Shown: in pieces, positions 61,774 to 64,000 of the stretch
Position numbering within the stretch: position 1 is the stretch's first letter
Layout of the letters: each line of letters begins with the position of its first letter
Source: Gnetum montanum
Lineage: Eukaryota > Plantae > Gnetophyta
NCBI GenBank assembly: GCA_015680685.1
Contig: MNCI01002989.1
Location: 715,706-779,705, forward strand
Reading direction: 5' to 3'
DNA: 64,000 nt
The notes under the pieces: generated by a model
Databases searched by the model: none
Seen by the model: only the letters and a program-made list of their open reading frames with translations
Told to the model about the DNA's origin: nothing
Program-made: the position numbers and the translations under genes

Positions 61774-64000
61774 TGTAACAACCCCTCTTCCTACCTTTAG
61801 GACAAGGAGCATTATGTGGGGTAAGAGTGGACAACAAAGGTTGATCATGTAGAGTAATGAAATCGATTCATTGTAATGCAGTGAAAGGAAGTATGGTTAA
61901 GTGAGGACCAAGAGAAAAAAGAGATTAAATGATAAGATAATGGGAACAAATTATATCTTTTAATATTAAGATGAATATATATACAATTAATAAAGAGTTG
62001 AATTATAAGCATCCACTAAAAGAAATCTTACATCAATGACATCATAAATTCCATAATGATATCATCTGAAACATCTTACATAAAGAAATATGATAAGTTC
62101 TCATTGCCACTACATAATTCATAATTTATACAAAGTCTCCTATAAAAGATCAAACACATGAATCAAATTTATATACATCTACTTATGAATAACATGTAAC
62201 TTCATCTTGTATTATGAGCATCTCCTAGATACCACATGTACTCCATGCTCTTTCTAGCCCAAAGTACCTACACAGAAAACAAAAATATCAACTACTGCTG
62301 AGTGAGTAACCTTAGCGTCATCTTCTGGCTGAATCAAGGATAGGTAGCCCATGACTATAATGAGTATTATAATGGGTAGGTAGCCCATTATAATACTCAT
62401 CCTCTCCTACTAGATGGGGCTTGCAGCGAGAGCCACATTGGTGCACTGACAGTGGGGGTCAATCTAAAAATCAACTCCAAGTAGCCTCATCTCCAACTAG
62501 TCACACACTCAATGCTAGCTCCATCATTCAAACACACATCAAAAAATCAAACCATGGCATCATCCAGCCATCTCACAATCATCAAAAGATTACTAAATGA
62601 CATTGATGATGGAGGGACTCAACATCAATTTTACATAAGCTAATAAAAAGACCATCAATCCAACATGTCATCCAAAATCCAAAAATTTGACATGTTCTAC
62701 AATAATTCCAAGATAAAAAATCTAGCATGTCCCATAAAATCCAATGGTCCAAGACTCCAACAAAATCCAATTTAATAGATCCAAATTCCCCAAGATTTCA
62801 ACACCCAATCATAAGATCAAACTCAATAAAATTCCAATCCCAAATGTCCAAAGATTCACAATAAATTAAAATTCATATCCCTTCAACAATTTGGAATGGG
62901 TAATATCCAAAAACTTCAAAAGAGATATAGCAATTTTAATGATCAAAATCAGAAAATGACGCACATCTCTGAACAACTTCACTAGAATTCAACATCTCAA
63001 ACAAGTTAATAGGTAAACTAAATAGCTACAAATAAAATTCCCATAACTCACACATCCCAATGAATTTCTTCTTGATTAATGATTCAAATCAAAGCTAATA
63101 TCAATTCTTAGTTACTATAAAAATATTTAAACCATTACAGATTCATAACAATAGATATCTGTCTAACATTATAGAAAATTAGAAATAGAGACAGAATGAA
63201 TGACTAACACTAAATTTGATATAACACTATAAAAAAATCAACTTTTTAACTCCTTATACTTCAATTGGAAATCTAACATTCATGTCTAAGTCTCATAAAA
63301 GTTTTAGAAGAAACCAAGCTATAGATATGAAGATAGTAATAGATGAATCTTTGTATCAGATTTCTACATAGATTCAAACAAATTTAGACAACCCCCAAAG
63401 ATGGAACCATGACTATAACTACACATGATTTGTAGTGATTCCACTTGGATATGGAGAGTATATATGTGTAAGTATCATATTAAAATTTCAGAATCAGAGT
63501 TGCAATAAAACCATAGATATATTCTTAACTCTATACCCTACTAAAATTGCTACAATTTTGGATAGTGTTAGAAAAACAACATGTAGCACCTCATCTACAA
63601 TGAATTATGACTTGAGTCCCCATCAAAGTTTTAGATAATATCTTATGGAATTGAAAAATAGGTCAAATCACAACTAGATTCAAAATATAATGAGATATAT
63701 GGACATTTTATCAAGACCTATTCGAATCATTATAAATCCTCAAAAGGCAAAGCTTATAGGAAGTACTATAAATCAGGAAAAATCAACAAATCCAACAATG
63801 AAAATTGAAATTCATAACATGGCAGTAATATCCATTTCCAAATATGCTAGATCTACAAGATTTAAAATCAATTAAAACAAGACCCAACCCTGATCTATAC
63901 AAAAGCTGGTGAACTGAAACAACCATGAAAAGGGAGCCAAGATTACTCACCTAGATGTTGTTAGCTTCTATTACTTAAGCCTTCCCACATGCTTCCTAGA
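61774..64000. mobile_element. Probable LTR of a chromovirus (Tekay-like) element, extending beyond the window
   Basis: Starts TGTAACAACCCC with an abrupt shift to A/C-rich composition and reverse-oriented splice-like signals (tacctacacagaaaac; tactcacc). No second LTR or coding domain is available to confirm it. Confidence 0.45.

Overview
This is AT-rich, CpG/CHG-depleted land-plant genomic DNA with no intact host gene; it is a pile of nested, decayed transposons. The oldest layer is a minus-strand, intron-containing Mutator-like (MULE/SWIM) transposase of the AT4G13970/AT1G60560 type. Its exons can be re-joined across two insertions: a 5'-truncated Ty1/copia element (~1924-7367) and a pol-less Athila-like element (8008-16419, TSD TCCTT). 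Upstream of it lies a 19.3-kb Tat (Ogre/Retand-type) element (18652-37946, TSD TGTAT). To the right are an isolated RPL37 exon, a degenerate gypsy INT-LTR-gag remnant, and a SIRE-like LTR split by a full-length Athila element (42425-56182, TSD ATCAT) that carries a solo LTR (49125-50145, TSD ATAAT). Satellite-like repeats and a probable chromovirus LTR run to the window end. Two observations stand out. First, the Tat element has a ~6.55-kb apparent intron between protease and RT that houses an antisense, multi-exon gene with an FCP1/SCP (NIF) phosphatase-like domain, a PMD/transposon-like domain and a coiled coil. Second, in all three extra-ORF-bearing elements a family-specific short motif is repeated both in the LTR and just upstream of the extra ORF, which suggests element-encoded, sequence-specific self-regulation. 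All protein family calls come from manual translation and recalled motifs, not from database searches.
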